Shown: positions 47,348 through 56,861, counted from the first letter of the stretch. The stretch: 64,000 nucleotides of DNA from Pirellulales bacterium (GCA_016776925.1 JADHSL010000004.1:33302-97301), one strand, 5' to 3'. Numbers and translations: made by a program. The notes: a model not told the origin generated them from the letters alone.

Positions 47348-48024
47348 CATCCGAAGGCCTGACGGTAACGACCGCTGCTGATGGACATGCAGCTTTGGCT
47401 ATTCTCAATGAGCCAAATGCCGATGTCGATCTTGTTGTACTCGACGTCATGCTGCCTGGCATGAGTGGATATGCAGTCTGTGAAGAAATACGATCTCAAG
47501 GCAGCCATATTCCGGTTGTCATGCTCACCGCTCGAACGTTAGTAGAAGACCGAATTCGAGGGTTTAATGCTGGAGCAGACGTCTACCTTCAAAAGCCTTT
47601 TGATCTTGATGAACTTCTCTCAGTCATTCGAAGTCTTCTGAGCCGACGGAAGAATAGCTCAGAATCCACCCCAGATAAACCTGCAACAACCCGCTCTGAG
47701 AACAGCTTTTCATTTGGAAAGGCTCATATCAATTTCGATACGTGGGAGGCCTATTGCGACAAGCGGCAGATTCGACTCACAGCGCTTGAAATGAAGCTTC
47801 TTCGGTATCTTATTGAGCATGAAGGACTTGTATTATCAAGAACCGAGTTGCTTAAGAATGTCTGGGGAATGGATCGTGCGCCTGCAACACGGACTGTCGA
47901 CACCTTCATGCTCAACTTGAGAAAGTCATTTGAAGAAAATCCGTCCCGGCCCCGTCACTTTCTATCGGTCCGCGGCGCTGGATATCGATTTGTCAGCGAC
48001 TCAACAGGAAATCCGGAGACCTGA
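47284..48024 (+). CDS. OmpR/PhoB-family response regulator
   Basis: The receiver domain reads ILLVEDEEHL...DLVVLDVMLPGMSG...LTAR. The C-terminal winged helix reads LTALEMKLLRYLIEHEGLVLSRTELL...VRGAGYRF. Confidence 0.9.
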   Translation: MPNILLVEDEEHLAIGIRYNLTSEGLTVTTAADGHAALAILNEPNADVDLVVLDVMLPGMSGYAVCEEIRSQGSHIPVVMLTARTLVEDRIRGFNAGADVYLQKPFDLDELLSVIRSLLSRRKNSSESTPDKPATTRSENSFSFGKAHINFDTWEAYCDKRQIRLTALEMKLLRYLIEHEGLVLSRTELLKNVWGMDRAPATRTVDTFMLNLRKSFEENPSRPRHFLSVRGAGYRFVSDSTGNPET

Positions 48025-48033
48025 ACGGTTCAG

Positions 48034-48819
48034 CTACAGTTTGCCAAGAAGTGCGGCAGCAGCGTCTGATGGATTTGAACTAGTCAAAAGAGATTCACCA
48101 ACGAGAATTGCCTGGACTCCTGCAGCCTCAAGCTGCTCGACATCTGCTCGTGTACGAATTCCACTTTCAGCCACAAGCACACATTCCGACGGTACTTTTT
48201 CTTGTAGCTTCAGGACATGACCAATGTCAGTTTGCATTGTGACAAGGTCTCGATTGTTAATGCCTATGAGCGTGGCACCTAGATCAAGAACTCGGGATAG
48301 GTTTTCTTCACTATGCAATTCAACAAGTGGTGTCATTCCAAGGTCAATAACTTCCCGGTACAGGCTTCTCAAAAGACAGTCATCTAAACATTCAGCAATG
48401 AGAAGAACAGCATCCGCCCCATAGAGACGTGCCTCATTCACCTGGTAGGAATCAATAATGAATTCTTTTCGCAGAACCGGTAGTGAGGATGCCTTCCGCG
48501 CAGCTGTAAGGTCATCGAGGCAACCGCCGAAGCCCTCGCCATCTGTTAAAATAGAAAGTGCAGCCGCTCCAGATTTTTCATACCCACGAACTATCTCTGC
48601 AGGTTCCGAACCGGGACGAATTTCACCTGCTGAAGGACTCCGTCTTTTAAATTCTGCAATTAACCGTATTTCACCAGGCTTAGAAACAGCCGCAAAGAAG
48701 TCACGTGGCTGATCAGAATCCCCAAGCTTTTTCTTGATACCGGAAAGCGGACATATTGCCTTCGACTCAGCGACTTCCTTTTGTTTTCGGGTAATGATTC
48801 TGTCGAGTACTGACAACAT
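48034..48819 (-). CDS. trpC: Indole-3-glycerol-phosphate synthase
   Basis: It has IAEFKRRSPSAGEI, SILTD, LRKEFI, and INNRDL...ESGI. Confidence 0.9.
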   Translation of the reverse strand: MLSVLDRIITRKQKEVAESKAICPLSGIKKKLGDSDQPRDFFAAVSKPGEIRLIAEFKRRSPSAGEIRPGSEPAEIVRGYEKSGAAALSILTDGEGFGGCLDDLTAARKASSLPVLRKEFIIDSYQVNEARLYGADAVLLIAECLDDCLLRSLYREVIDLGMTPLVELHSEENLSRVLDLGATLIGINNRDLVTMQTDIGHVLKLQEKVPSECVLVAESGIRTRADVEQLEAAGVQAILVGESLLTSSNPSDAAAALLGKL

Positions 48820-48965
48820 CTCTCACTCGCATTATTAGGTAAATGAAAACGGATTGTTTTTGACACGTTTCGTTTCAGTCACAATCAGTCATTGAACTTC
48901 CCTACTGTCTCTAACAATATCCGCGGTAGTGCATCAAAAATAAAGTTCTACCGGCTTTGAATCTA

Positions 48966-50651
48966 CTAGTGTCTAAAGTGACGTCGGGACGTGAAGACCA
49001 TTGGCAACTTCGCAGCATTTGCGGCGGCAATTACCTCTGGGTCTCGTTTCGACCCTCCGGGCTGGATGATCGCCGCGATACCCGCTTGTCTAATTAAATC
49101 GATAGAATCTGGAAATGGAAAGAAGGCGTCTGATGCAAGAACACCACCTCGCGCCCGATCTCCCGCCTTTTCTAATGCTATCCTCACTGCGTCAACTCGG
49201 CTCGTTTGCCCCACTCCAGCTCCCACAAGGCTTGTACCTTGGCAAACGGCGATGGCATTGCTTGTAAGTCGGCGCACCATTGTGAAGGCAAAGTCGAGCG
49301 GCTGCGTCAAATCTGCCGCAGGTGCCTCCTGTGTTACAACCTGCCATGCGGCCGGATCATCTGGTGTCTCATCTGGCCGCTGTGCCAACATTGCACCCGC
49401 CACGCTTCGAAGTTCAAGACCAGCCGTGGGGCTCCATGGATCACCTGGTGGCACCTCAACCAACCGCACACTTGCTTTCCATGCCGGACGTGTTTTGAGG
49501 GCTTCGACTGCCTCGGCTGTAAAAGCCGGTGCAGCGATTACCTCAACGAACATTCCTGGCTTGAGGAGGCACTCTGCTGCTGCTGCGTCAAAAATGCGAT
49601 TTACCGCAACGATTGAACCAAACGCACTTGTGGGATCTGCTGCCATAGCTGCTTCAATCGCTTCATCAATACTTGCTGCACTCGCTGCACCACAGGGATT
49701 GGTGTGTTTGATAACTGCAGCTCCAGAATTCTGAATCAATCCGGCAATACGAACCGCAGCATCAAGGTCCAGTAAATTGTTGTACGACAGTTCCTTACCA
49801 GAAAGCTGCTTTAAACCAGCAAGACCAAAATGGGTGTCCGCTGGTGCATACATTGCGGCTGACTGGTGTGGATTTTCACCGTAACGCAATGGCAACCTTC
49901 GCTCAAGGCTGAGAGTAAGCCGAGTTGGTAACGGTGGTTCGTCAGGACGGCCTTCACTCGACACGGGCTGCGACCCTCCTGCGACCAACCCTGCATGGCC
50001 TGCCATCCAACGGGCAATTACGGCATCGTATTCAGCAGTACATTCAAAAGCTTGGGCTGCAAATAATCGTCGCTCTGCCAGCGTGGTACCTCCACGGCTG
50101 ATCGCAGCTGCCGCCGCGTCATATTGATTGGGGTCTGTGATCACTGCAGTAAAGGCATGATTCTTGGCAGCCGCACGAACCAAGCTTGGTCCACCGATAT
50201 CAATCAACTCAATTGCATCGTCTGCCGTACACCCATCACGGCTAATGACGCTTGCAAACGGATACAAATTCACAACGATAAGTTCGAGTTGATCAATTCC
50301 ATGCTCTGCCAAAACTTCAAGATCGTCTTCCCTATCACCGCGAGCCAAGATGCCAGCAAAAATGTTTGGATGAAGTGTCTTTACTCGTCCATCGAGTACT
50401 TCCGGAAAACCTGTTATCGAGGACACATCCTCAACAGAGACGCCATATCCTTGAAGGGCCCGTGCCGTCCCACCTGTACTGACAGCTACTATTCCAGCGG
50501 CCTTTAACGCAGCAGCAAGGCGATCCAAACCAGTTTTATCGTAGACGCTTACCAATGCACGACGGATTGGCAAAACAGGAGTGCCACCATCAGGGTTCAT
50601 GTTCTTGCTGGGATCAGGATGTGACTTAGAAGTTGAGGCAGATTGGGGCAT
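48966..50651 (-). CDS. purH: Bifunctional AICAR transformylase / IMP cyclohydrolase
   Basis: It has RALVSVYDKTGL, STGGTA, GRVKTLHP, and a C-terminal AICARFT region (GENPHQ, KHTNPCG, SDAFFPF). Confidence 0.92.
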   Translation of the reverse strand: MPQSASTSKSHPDPSKNMNPDGGTPVLPIRRALVSVYDKTGLDRLAAALKAAGIVAVSTGGTARALQGYGVSVEDVSSITGFPEVLDGRVKTLHPNIFAGILARGDREDDLEVLAEHGIDQLELIVVNLYPFASVISRDGCTADDAIELIDIGGPSLVRAAAKNHAFTAVITDPNQYDAAAAAISRGGTTLAERRLFAAQAFECTAEYDAVIARWMAGHAGLVAGGSQPVSSEGRPDEPPLPTRLTLSLERRLPLRYGENPHQSAAMYAPADTHFGLAGLKQLSGKELSYNNLLDLDAAVRIAGLIQNSGAAVIKHTNPCGAASAASIDEAIEAAMAADPTSAFGSIVAVNRIFDAAAAECLLKPGMFVEVIAAPAFTAEAVEALKTRPAWKASVRLVEVPPGDPWSPTAGLELRSVAGAMLAQRPDETPDDPAAWQVVTQEAPAADLTQPLDFAFTMVRRLTSNAIAVCQGTSLVGAGVGQTSRVDAVRIALEKAGDRARGGVLASDAFFPFPDSIDLIRQAGIAAIIQPGGSKRDPEVIAAANAAKLPMVFTSRRHFRH

Positions 50652-50750
50652 GGTAATTCAAAGCGGAGGAATAGAAGAACAGCGTAATTCACTGAATCCA
50701 TGATTAGAACCGGCAACACGGTTTACTCAAAGGGTTCCGCGCAGGTCCGG

Positions 50751-51695
50751 TCAACGAGGCACGTCTTCGGCAGGGCTTGCCTTCTGCAGATCGACTTCAA
50801 TGATGGTACCTCGTTTGGTCAAGTGACCTTTCACAAAAACACGACCCCTTAACTGTTTGACAATTGATTTAACGAGATACAGCCCCAGCCCTGTTCCAGG
50901 CGTAGCCCGCTCCAGTTCACTTCCTAATCGAACAAAACGTCGAAACACCTGCCCACGATCTGCGAGTGGAATCCCAGGTCCATTATCTGCCACGCGGACC
51001 AGCACGCGACTTTTCTTTGTCACTTCAACTGTTGTATCTACATGTGGTTCAGGAAGCGAGTACTTCACTGCATTATCGATAAGGTTTCGAAATACTATTT
51101 CAATGTCCGCTTCCCTACCCTGCACGAAAACATCCTCTAGCTCTTTCTCAACATTGATCACGATACAATCGTGCTGAACGTTATGACGATCAGCAACACG
51201 GATAGCTGCCTCCTTGAGGACCGGCACAATTCTGGTCGCTTCAGCAATAGATAATGCTGGACGATGCATCGTTTTTGCTGCATCAAGAAGATGATCAATC
51301 AGAGTGTCGAGCCGCTCTACATCCTGCAACATGAATCGGTGGAAATCTGATTGTTCTGCGGGTGGTACCGGTCGACGGATCAGGGTTTGCAGATAAAGCT
51401 TCAGTGACGCAAGCGGACTCTTGAGCTCATGAGTCACGCTATCAATAAAGTTACTTTGCCGCTGAGAGAGAGCAATTGCCTTGACTGCCAGAGCAAAGTA
51501 GATGATGACGCCAACCAGTACAAGAATAAGAAGCGACACGCCAACAGCGAGTAACGCCCAGTAGAACGCAGCGTTTTGAGAGCCCAGTGCAGCAGCGATA
51601 CTGACAAGAACCCATCCAACACCAAGCGTGATAATGGAACTAATTAAGACCACACCAAGGGTGATTGGCCAACCAAGTGAGCGGCGCGGTTCCAC
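50751..51695 (-). CDS. Sensor histidine kinase with minimal input domain (two TM segments, almost no extracytoplasmic loop)
   Basis: It has the HisKA H-box SVTHELKSPLASL, an N-box (FRNLIDNAVKY), and the G1/G2 boxes DNGPGI and GTGLGL. Confidence 0.88.
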   Translation of the reverse strand: MEPRRSLGWPITLGVVLISSIITLGVGWVLVSIAAALGSQNAAFYWALLAVGVSLLILVLVGVIIYFALAVKAIALSQRQSNFIDSVTHELKSPLASLKLYLQTLIRRPVPPAEQSDFHRFMLQDVERLDTLIDHLLDAAKTMHRPALSIAEATRIVPVLKEAAIRVADRHNVQHDCIVINVEKELEDVFVQGREADIEIVFRNLIDNAVKYSLPEPHVDTTVEVTKKSRVLVRVADNGPGIPLADRGQVFRRFVRLGSELERATPGTGLGLYLVKSIVKQLRGRVFVKGHLTKRGTIIEVDLQKASPAEDVPR

Positions 51696-51729
51696 AAGAT
51701 CTCCTCATTTCGGGTAATCTCAACCTACC

Positions 51730-52359
51730 GTGCTACGCACGTGTTGTGAAATCTGCCTACATGAACCCCGTCTAGTTCGTACAAATATGCCTGATCCGCC
51801 TCTCAGACAAAGTAAACTGCGGGTCCCAATTCACTTTGAAGTTGGGCGAATGAGCGTTGAATTCATATGGAACAACGATCGGTGGCGCCATCTCTTTCGC
51901 ATAGACCAGAAGGATTGTGTGCAATCAGTCGAAGGAGACACATTCCCAACAAACAATGAGGCACAGGCTTTCCCTCCCGGTATCTCTGAGAGGTGGCCAG
52001 CTTCGCCCGTTATCACAGAAGTCACGCCAACTGAAGCAATGGGGCACCGAGCTCTTGTAGCAGTCGGGCTAGCTGGACGTTCACATTTTTCAGCCAGCTT
52101 GACAGCCTCTACAGCTAAAAAAGATGCCATTCTCGTGGAGGTGGCCTGCAGGGTCTTCGAGGCACCAGAATGGCTTGGTTCTACCTATTCATGTGATGGA
52201 AAAGAACCTCCAGATGATCTTATTACGATCAAGCCAGGGCCACCTGAACCATTTGATCGGCCTTTGACTGTTCTTTGGTCGTATTGTGTTTCAGTGGGCG
52301 GTATTGAGGCGGTTCACCCTGCATCTTGCGGCAGACTGCTCTTTCCGTCAAATTGTTGA
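51730..52359 (+). CDS. Hypothetical protein
   Basis: 209-aa ORF with no motif. It is the only substantial ORF in the interval. The start is uncertain, with in-frame Met codons at 51787 and about 51850. Confidence 0.4.
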   Translation: MLRTCCEICLHEPRLVRTNMPDPPLRQSKLRVPIHFEVGRMSVEFIWNNDRWRHLFRIDQKDCVQSVEGDTFPTNNEAQAFPPGISERWPASPVITEVTPTEAMGHRALVAVGLAGRSHFSASLTASTAKKDAILVEVACRVFEAPEWLGSTYSCDGKEPPDDLITIKPGPPEPFDRPLTVLWSYCVSVGGIEAVHPASCGRLLFPSNC

Positions 52360-52422
52360 GTGGAAAGCGGTCATCTGGCGATCGCGCCGTAACAACGTCG
52401 AAAGAGTTGATGGAAGGTTCTG

Positions 52423-53019
52423 ATGTTTGATGTTATCGAACGGCTTAAAGCCGAATGGACTGACAAATATGTAGTAATCGACTCGCCAGCACCGGAACTC
52501 AGTCGGTTTGCAAAAACCACCGGCACCGTGCGGGCTGTCAATATGAATGGTCGATGCCTCGTAGAGTTTGATCAGTTCAATAACATTGCCTGGTACGACA
52601 TTGATCCTTCGCATCTCAAGGTCGTGACAGAACCACTGCCAAAGCCAGAAAAGCAGGCAAAGGCCAAAGCAGCCCCTGCGGCCAAAACGACATCTTCAAA
52701 AGCATCTTCGACACAGAAAAAATCAACTGCTGACATTCTTGCTGCAGCGCGAGGCGGTGGTTCAAAGCCGACCGCAAAGCCGGCTGGCAAACTTTCTACT
52801 GCTGATATTTTAGCGAAGGCTCGAGGGGCTAAATCGCCCCCCCCTCCTGCGGTTACCGATCCAACGCCCGATGAATCGGCGTTACTTGAAGAAACGATCG
52901 CCGCAGATGAAACACCTGAGCAGGATGAATCGCCTCAAGCCAAAGAGCCTCCAGCGGGTGAACTGCCAACAACAACGGCAGAAAAAGTTGCCTGGTGCAG
53001 GCAGCACGATGCACAGTAA
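52423..53019 (+). CDS. Hypothetical protein: small N-terminal globular domain plus Lys/Ala/Pro-rich tail with a repeated TADILAxARG motif
   Basis: 198-aa ORF. The motif occurs twice, as STADILAAARGG and STADILAKARGA, 24 aa apart. The tail is histone-H1-like (AKAKAAPAAK). Confidence 0.55.
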   Translation: MFDVIERLKAEWTDKYVVIDSPAPELSRFAKTTGTVRAVNMNGRCLVEFDQFNNIAWYDIDPSHLKVVTEPLPKPEKQAKAKAAPAAKTTSSKASSTQKKSTADILAAARGGGSKPTAKPAGKLSTADILAKARGAKSPPPPAVTDPTPDESALLEETIAADETPEQDESPQAKEPPAGELPTTTAEKVAWCRQHDAQ

Positions 53020-53073
53020 CTCAATAAAAACGGCAACCGTCTGGCAATAAAAACCGTTCAAGGAGGAACCGAC

Positions 53074-53565
53074 ATGCTTCCACGTCAGATATATAGAAAA
53101 TTATCTACCCGAGTTCTTTTTCTTTGCATAACTTGTGTTCTTTCTGGTTGTGGACGCATTGCGAACCACCCTCTGGTTACTATGGCAAAAGAAGAAGTTG
53201 TCATAAATAATCGGTCGCAGGAATTCCTAGGTGAACCAATCACTTGGAAGGGAACTGTTACCGGCCGAGCCAATGAAGTCGATGGGATTGCAGCCATGCA
53301 AATCCCCGTTGCGGGCCAAAAAGCAGCAGCAACAGTCATCGTCGAAGGAAAGAAGTTCGGTGATGAGTGGGGCGTGACACTTCTGGAAATTCGCCCGAAG
53401 AATGGGGACCAGAAACTCTCACTGACTGCCGACCTTGCTGCGCGAAGCGGAGTTGAGACACCGAAATTTGATCCGAATGCGACCCAATCAACTTCTCCTC
53501 AAACTGCTCCGCCTCCAGCTGAAATTACAATTGAACTGCCGCCAGGACTACCTGGACAAGAGTAA
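53074..53565 (+). CDS. Lipoprotein, function unknown (weak resemblance to Coa1-type cytochrome oxidase assembly proteins)
   Basis: It has a perfect lipobox, L-S-G-C (CVLSGCG). The small beta-rich domain reads GTVTGRANEVDGIAAMQIPVAG...VIVEGKK.GDEWGVTLLEI. Confidence 0.5.
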   Translation: MLPRQIYRKLSTRVLFLCITCVLSGCGRIANHPLVTMAKEEVVINNRSQEFLGEPITWKGTVTGRANEVDGIAAMQIPVAGQKAAATVIVEGKKFGDEWGVTLLEIRPKNGDQKLSLTADLAARSGVETPKFDPNATQSTSPQTAPPPAEITIELPPGLPGQE

Positions 53566-53572
53566 GAATTTT

Positions 53573-54247
53573 TCAATTCATCTCACGAAGGCGGGCGAGT
53601 TCTTCTTCGCGGCCGATGACAAGTAGGATCTGATCCTGTATGAGTTTTGTCCGCCCTTCAGGAAACATCTGAAAGCGTCCTTGCATCACATCCCGTAAAC
53701 CCAGAACGAAGACTCCGACTGAATTACGGAGGTCTGCCTCAGCTAGTGTCTTCCCTTCGAGTGATTCCGGCACAGTGATTTCAACGACACTGTACTCAGG
53801 ATCAATTGGTAAGAAATCGAGTACATTTGGCCAACTTGACTTGTCAGCGAGTTCTTTCGCGACTTCCTCCTCTGGAAAGACAACTCGATTTGCACCAAGG
53901 TGTGACAGAATCTTCCCGTGCTCTTTTGTCACACCCTTTACGACAACATCTCGGGCGCCAAGTTCTTTGACATGCAGCGTGGCCAGGAGTGATCGAGAAA
54001 TTGTTTCCCCCAGTGATATAAAAACTGACGTCGAGTCTTTGATAGGCAAATTCTCGAGTAACTCTCGATCAGTCGCATCACCAATAATTGCCTCATGAAT
54101 TGAGTTTTTGACTGCATCCAATCGGTCACGCCGCTGATCCACACCAGTTACCCGACAGCCGTTTGCTGCTAGTTGAGTCGCAAGTGCAGAGCCGAAAGAA
54201 CCCATTCCAAGCATGATAAAACGTTTACTACTGGTTGAAGGCATCAC
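53573..54247 (-). CDS. ktrA: K+ uptake system RCK-domain subunit (KtrA/TrkA family)
   Basis: It has the Rossmann motif MLGMGSFGSALATQL plus a C-terminal TrkA-C domain. Its start lies 4-7 nt after the upstream transporter's stop. Confidence 0.85.
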   Translation of the reverse strand: MMPSTSSKRFIMLGMGSFGSALATQLAANGCRVTGVDQRRDRLDAVKNSIHEAIIGDATDRELLENLPIKDSTSVFISLGETISRSLLATLHVKELGARDVVVKGVTKEHGKILSHLGANRVVFPEEEVAKELADKSSWPNVLDFLPIDPEYSVVEITVPESLEGKTLAEADLRNSVGVFVLGLRDVMQGRFQMFPEGRTKLIQDQILLVIGREEELARLREMN

Positions 54248-54250
54248 ACA

Positions 54251-55648
54251 TTAGCCGACAAGCGGCTCCTCCTCGGGGTAGTTGGGCTGGTACGCAGGCC
54301 GTTGCCGAGACAGCGCGACTGCAACCGTAATGGGACCAAGACGGCCCAGAAGCATCAAGATGGCCAAAATAAACTTTCCGGGAATTGTGAGCGAAGCAGT
54401 AATGCCAGTCGACAGCCCGACTGTTCCAAGTGCTGAGATACATTCGAATGAAGCATCGAGAAACCATCGCGGTCGCTCAGCTGCCTTCCCTCCACTTTCG
54501 ACACCCAAGAGCGCTACGAGTGCAACAAATGCAATTGCCACAAAAACTAATGCTGTTGCGGTTGCTCGTTCTACTGCACGCTCCGGAATTGTTCGCTTTG
54601 CAAAATTAGCTCGTTCCTGACCGCGAAAACTTGCTCCGGCTCGGGTAAGCAGTGTCATAAAAGTGCTGACTTTGAATCCCCCACCTGTAGAACCAGGGCC
54701 CGCGCCTATTGCCATAAGAAGTATTGTGAGGAAGAGCGTCGCACTCGATAGGCTTCCATAATCGACTGTATGAAAACCCGCAGTACGGCACGTGGTCGTA
54801 TGAAAAAGTCCGAACAAAATACGCTTTGACAACGGCTGGCCTGCCAGAACGCCATCTGACTCGAATACCCAAAAACTTACAGCACCAAAAGCGAGCAAAG
54901 CAGCTGTTCCTAATACCATCAACTTCGAATGCATATGCAGTCGATCCCAGAGGGATTGACGATTCCAAAGACGTGACGAGATGTCAAAAAGCACCGGAAA
55001 ACCAAGCCCTCCCACAATAACAAGACCACAAATAATGAGGTTCACAGGAATGTCCGTGCTGTAGGCCTTGAGACTATCGTCTCCCAAAGAAAACCCCGCA
55101 TTGCAAAACGCAGACACGGAATGAAAAGCCGCCCTCCAAATAACCTCGAGAGGCTCACGACTGCCCCATGTCGCAGCGGTTAGTAGCAGAAAGCCAATCA
55201 ATTCTGCGGAAAGAACAACCACAAAAACCATCAAAGCCAACTGGCGAAGACCTTGTGCGGATTTAATCCCTAGTGTTTCGGCAATCACTGCCCGCTGCCT
55301 GACAGTCGCCTCTCCACCAATCTGGAAGAGAAGCAGCGTTGTGATCGTCATAATTCCGAGACCACCAAGCTGGATGAGAACCAGAATGACCCCCTGCCCG
55401 AAGGGTGAGAAGTCTTCAACGGTGGATCGCACTGTTAGGCCCGTTACACAGCAGGCACTGGTTGCAGTGAATGCGGCATCAACAAGGGTTAACGGGGGCT
55501 GTGCTGGCGCACGTGCTGCCGGAAGAGCCAGCAAGCCGGTCCCAATTGCAATTGCCCCCAGGTACGTAAAAAACGACCAGCGAGCAGAATAACTGGCGAG
55601 AGATCCTGTAAATTCAGCCATCTGATGCGGTGGCTTGGGGCTATACAC
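54251..55648 (-). CDS. ktrB: K+ transporter membrane subunit (KtrB/TrkH family)
   Basis: 465-aa polytopic ORF with repeated M-P-M selectivity-filter-like glycines (TATSACCVTGL, SAFCNAGFS, TCRTAGF, LGTVGLSTG). The start is either the GTG at 55648 or the ATG at 55621. Confidence 0.85.
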   Translation of the reverse strand: MYSPKPPHQMAEFTGSLASYSARWSFFTYLGAIAIGTGLLALPAARAPAQPPLTLVDAAFTATSACCVTGLTVRSTVEDFSPFGQGVILVLIQLGGLGIMTITTLLLFQIGGEATVRQRAVIAETLGIKSAQGLRQLALMVFVVVLSAELIGFLLLTAATWGSREPLEVIWRAAFHSVSAFCNAGFSLGDDSLKAYSTDIPVNLIICGLVIVGGLGFPVLFDISSRLWNRQSLWDRLHMHSKLMVLGTAALLAFGAVSFWVFESDGVLAGQPLSKRILFGLFHTTTCRTAGFHTVDYGSLSSATLFLTILLMAIGAGPGSTGGGFKVSTFMTLLTRAGASFRGQERANFAKRTIPERAVERATATALVFVAIAFVALVALLGVESGGKAAERPRWFLDASFECISALGTVGLSTGITASLTIPGKFILAILMLLGRLGPITVAVALSRQRPAYQPNYPEEEPLVG

Positions 55649-56020
55649 CCTGATCCACCACCCAAAACTCGTTCCAAAGCGTACGACGACGGTCGCGTAC
55701 TGTCCTCGGAACCCGTTCTCACATGATACTTTCCAGACCTCGAGTCAGGCAAACCGCCATGCCGAGAGCCCCGCACGAACGAAAAAATCAAAACCTTTTC
55801 CCAAATGTTTGACTCCGGCTGCAAGACGTACATAATGCAGAGGTTCTCCTCGGTAATTGCAACCTGCCATGGCCTTTGTGCCATCCCCGCCGCAGCGTTC
55901 GGTAGTCTTCAGGCTGTCGCGTAAAAAACCGTTTGAGCACATGAGTTTAAGGTCTGGGTTTGCCCGTTCCTTATGTAGTCTGATCACGTTGGTTTTATCT
56001 GTAAGGAGTGGTTGGTTTCC

Positions 56021-56242
56021 ATGGCCAGAATTCGAAATGTTTTCGAGATTATCGAACTGTACGGACACGATGAAAATTTCGTTCCTCACGTAAGTGAAGA
56101 ATTCACACCAACGACGGCACCTGCTGGGTCTCGTCAGAAAATAGATGTGCTTGCTGAAAGAATTCAGCGAGGCATGCCCCTTTGGCATCCCGAAGATTCA
56201 ACTGATTCAACTGATCTTGTCACGGCTGGTAATACTGCCTGA
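56021..56242 (+). CDS. Small hypothetical protein (73 aa)
   Basis: The ATG at 56021 has AAGGAG at 56003..56008. The ORF ends 28 nt before a strong terminator hairpin. It contains a conserved-looking segment, GSRQKIDVLAERIQRGMPLWHPED. Confidence 0.5.
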   Translation: MARIRNVFEIIELYGHDENFVPHVSEEFTPTTAPAGSRQKIDVLAERIQRGMPLWHPEDSTDSTDLVTAGNTA

Positions 56243-56269
56243 GTTTGAATCAAAAATTATCTTACGTCT

Positions 56270-56313
56270 AAAAATAAGCCAGTTCTTCAGTCTGAAGAGA
56301 CTGGCTTATTTTT
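56270..56313. terminator. Bidirectional intrinsic terminator between the small ORF (+) and smpB (-)
   Basis: AAAAATAAGCCAGTtCTTCAG t CTGAAGaGACTGGCTTATTTTT is a stem of about 20 bp with one bulge. It is flanked by an A-tract on the left and a T-tract on the right, so it can terminate both convergent transcripts. Confidence 0.8.
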
Positions 56314-56339
56314 GTACCCGAGAAACTAACTGAAGGCTC

Positions 56340-56861
56340 TCAACGACTTCCACGACCTCGGAGAGCAACTGCAATATCTCGTTTCGCTGTCTGCTCCTTA
56401 AGTTTGTGTCGCTTGTCGTGAACCTTCCGACCCCGACCAATTCCAAGGAGTACTTTCACGCGTCCTTGCTTGAAGTACGCTTTCAAAGGAACAAGTGTCA
56501 GGCTTTTCTCATAGGCAAGACTTGCAAATCGAACAATTTCTCGGCGATGGAGCAAGAGCTTGCGAGGTCGTTTGGGCTGGTGATTTAGTTGATTTGCTTT
56601 CACGTATTCCGGAATATCACATCCGATAAGCCATACTTCATTTCCTTTGACTCTGCCGTATGCTTCATCCAGTGACATCTTTCCAGAACGGAGACTTTTC
56701 ACTTCACTTCCAACAAGGGCGATACCACACTCGAGGGTATCCAGAATCTCGTAGTGGTGCCTGGCCTTCCTGTTTTCCGCGACAACACGCTCAGCAGAGT
56801 CTCCCTTTACAGAAGTCCCTTTGCTGGATTTTCCCCCATTTTTTGGTTTTGATGACGCCAT
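56340..56861 (-). CDS. smpB: SsrA-binding protein SmpB
   Basis: It has VAENRKARHHYEILDTLECGIALVGSEVKSLR and a basic C-terminal tail (GRGRKVHDKRHKLKE). The ORF opens at 56936; the Met at 56861 (MASSKPKNGG) fits the SmpB length better. Confidence 0.9.
   Translation of the reverse strand: MASSKPKNGGKSSKGTSVKGDSAERVVAENRKARHHYEILDTLECGIALVGSEVKSLRSGKMSLDEAYGRVKGNEVWLIGCDIPEYVKANQLNHQPKRPRKLLLHRREIVRFASLAYEKSLTLVPLKAYFKQGRVKVLLGIGRGRKVHDKRHKLKEQTAKRDIAVALRGRGSR

Noticed and set aside
48991-49734. Long antisense ORFs, among them a 247-aa ORF opposite purH. Similar cases are 30614..31060 opposite purL, 16703..17221 inside the sulfatase gene, 12406..12798 inside the propeller gene, and 38514..38912 opposite rpoD.
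   Set aside because: All lie fully inside genes with unmistakable conserved motifs. Their products are Ala/Ser/Arg-rich and low-complexity, typical of shadow ORFs. No RBS or independent signals are visible.
55649-55920. Possible c-di-AMP (ydaO-type) riboswitch upstream of ktrB. The minus-strand leader contains two GCGGGG and two CCGAGGA elements in alternating order, reminiscent of the pseudo-twofold symmetry of that riboswitch, which often controls K+ transporters.
   Set aside because: The hallmark conserved blocks I recall for the ydaO motif are absent: GGGGACCCA, GGGGUGAAUC and CAGCUAACCUCGUAAGC-like. The spacing of about 200 nt is too long. The short G/C-rich words could recur by chance. 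Infernal cmsearch with RF00379 would settle it.
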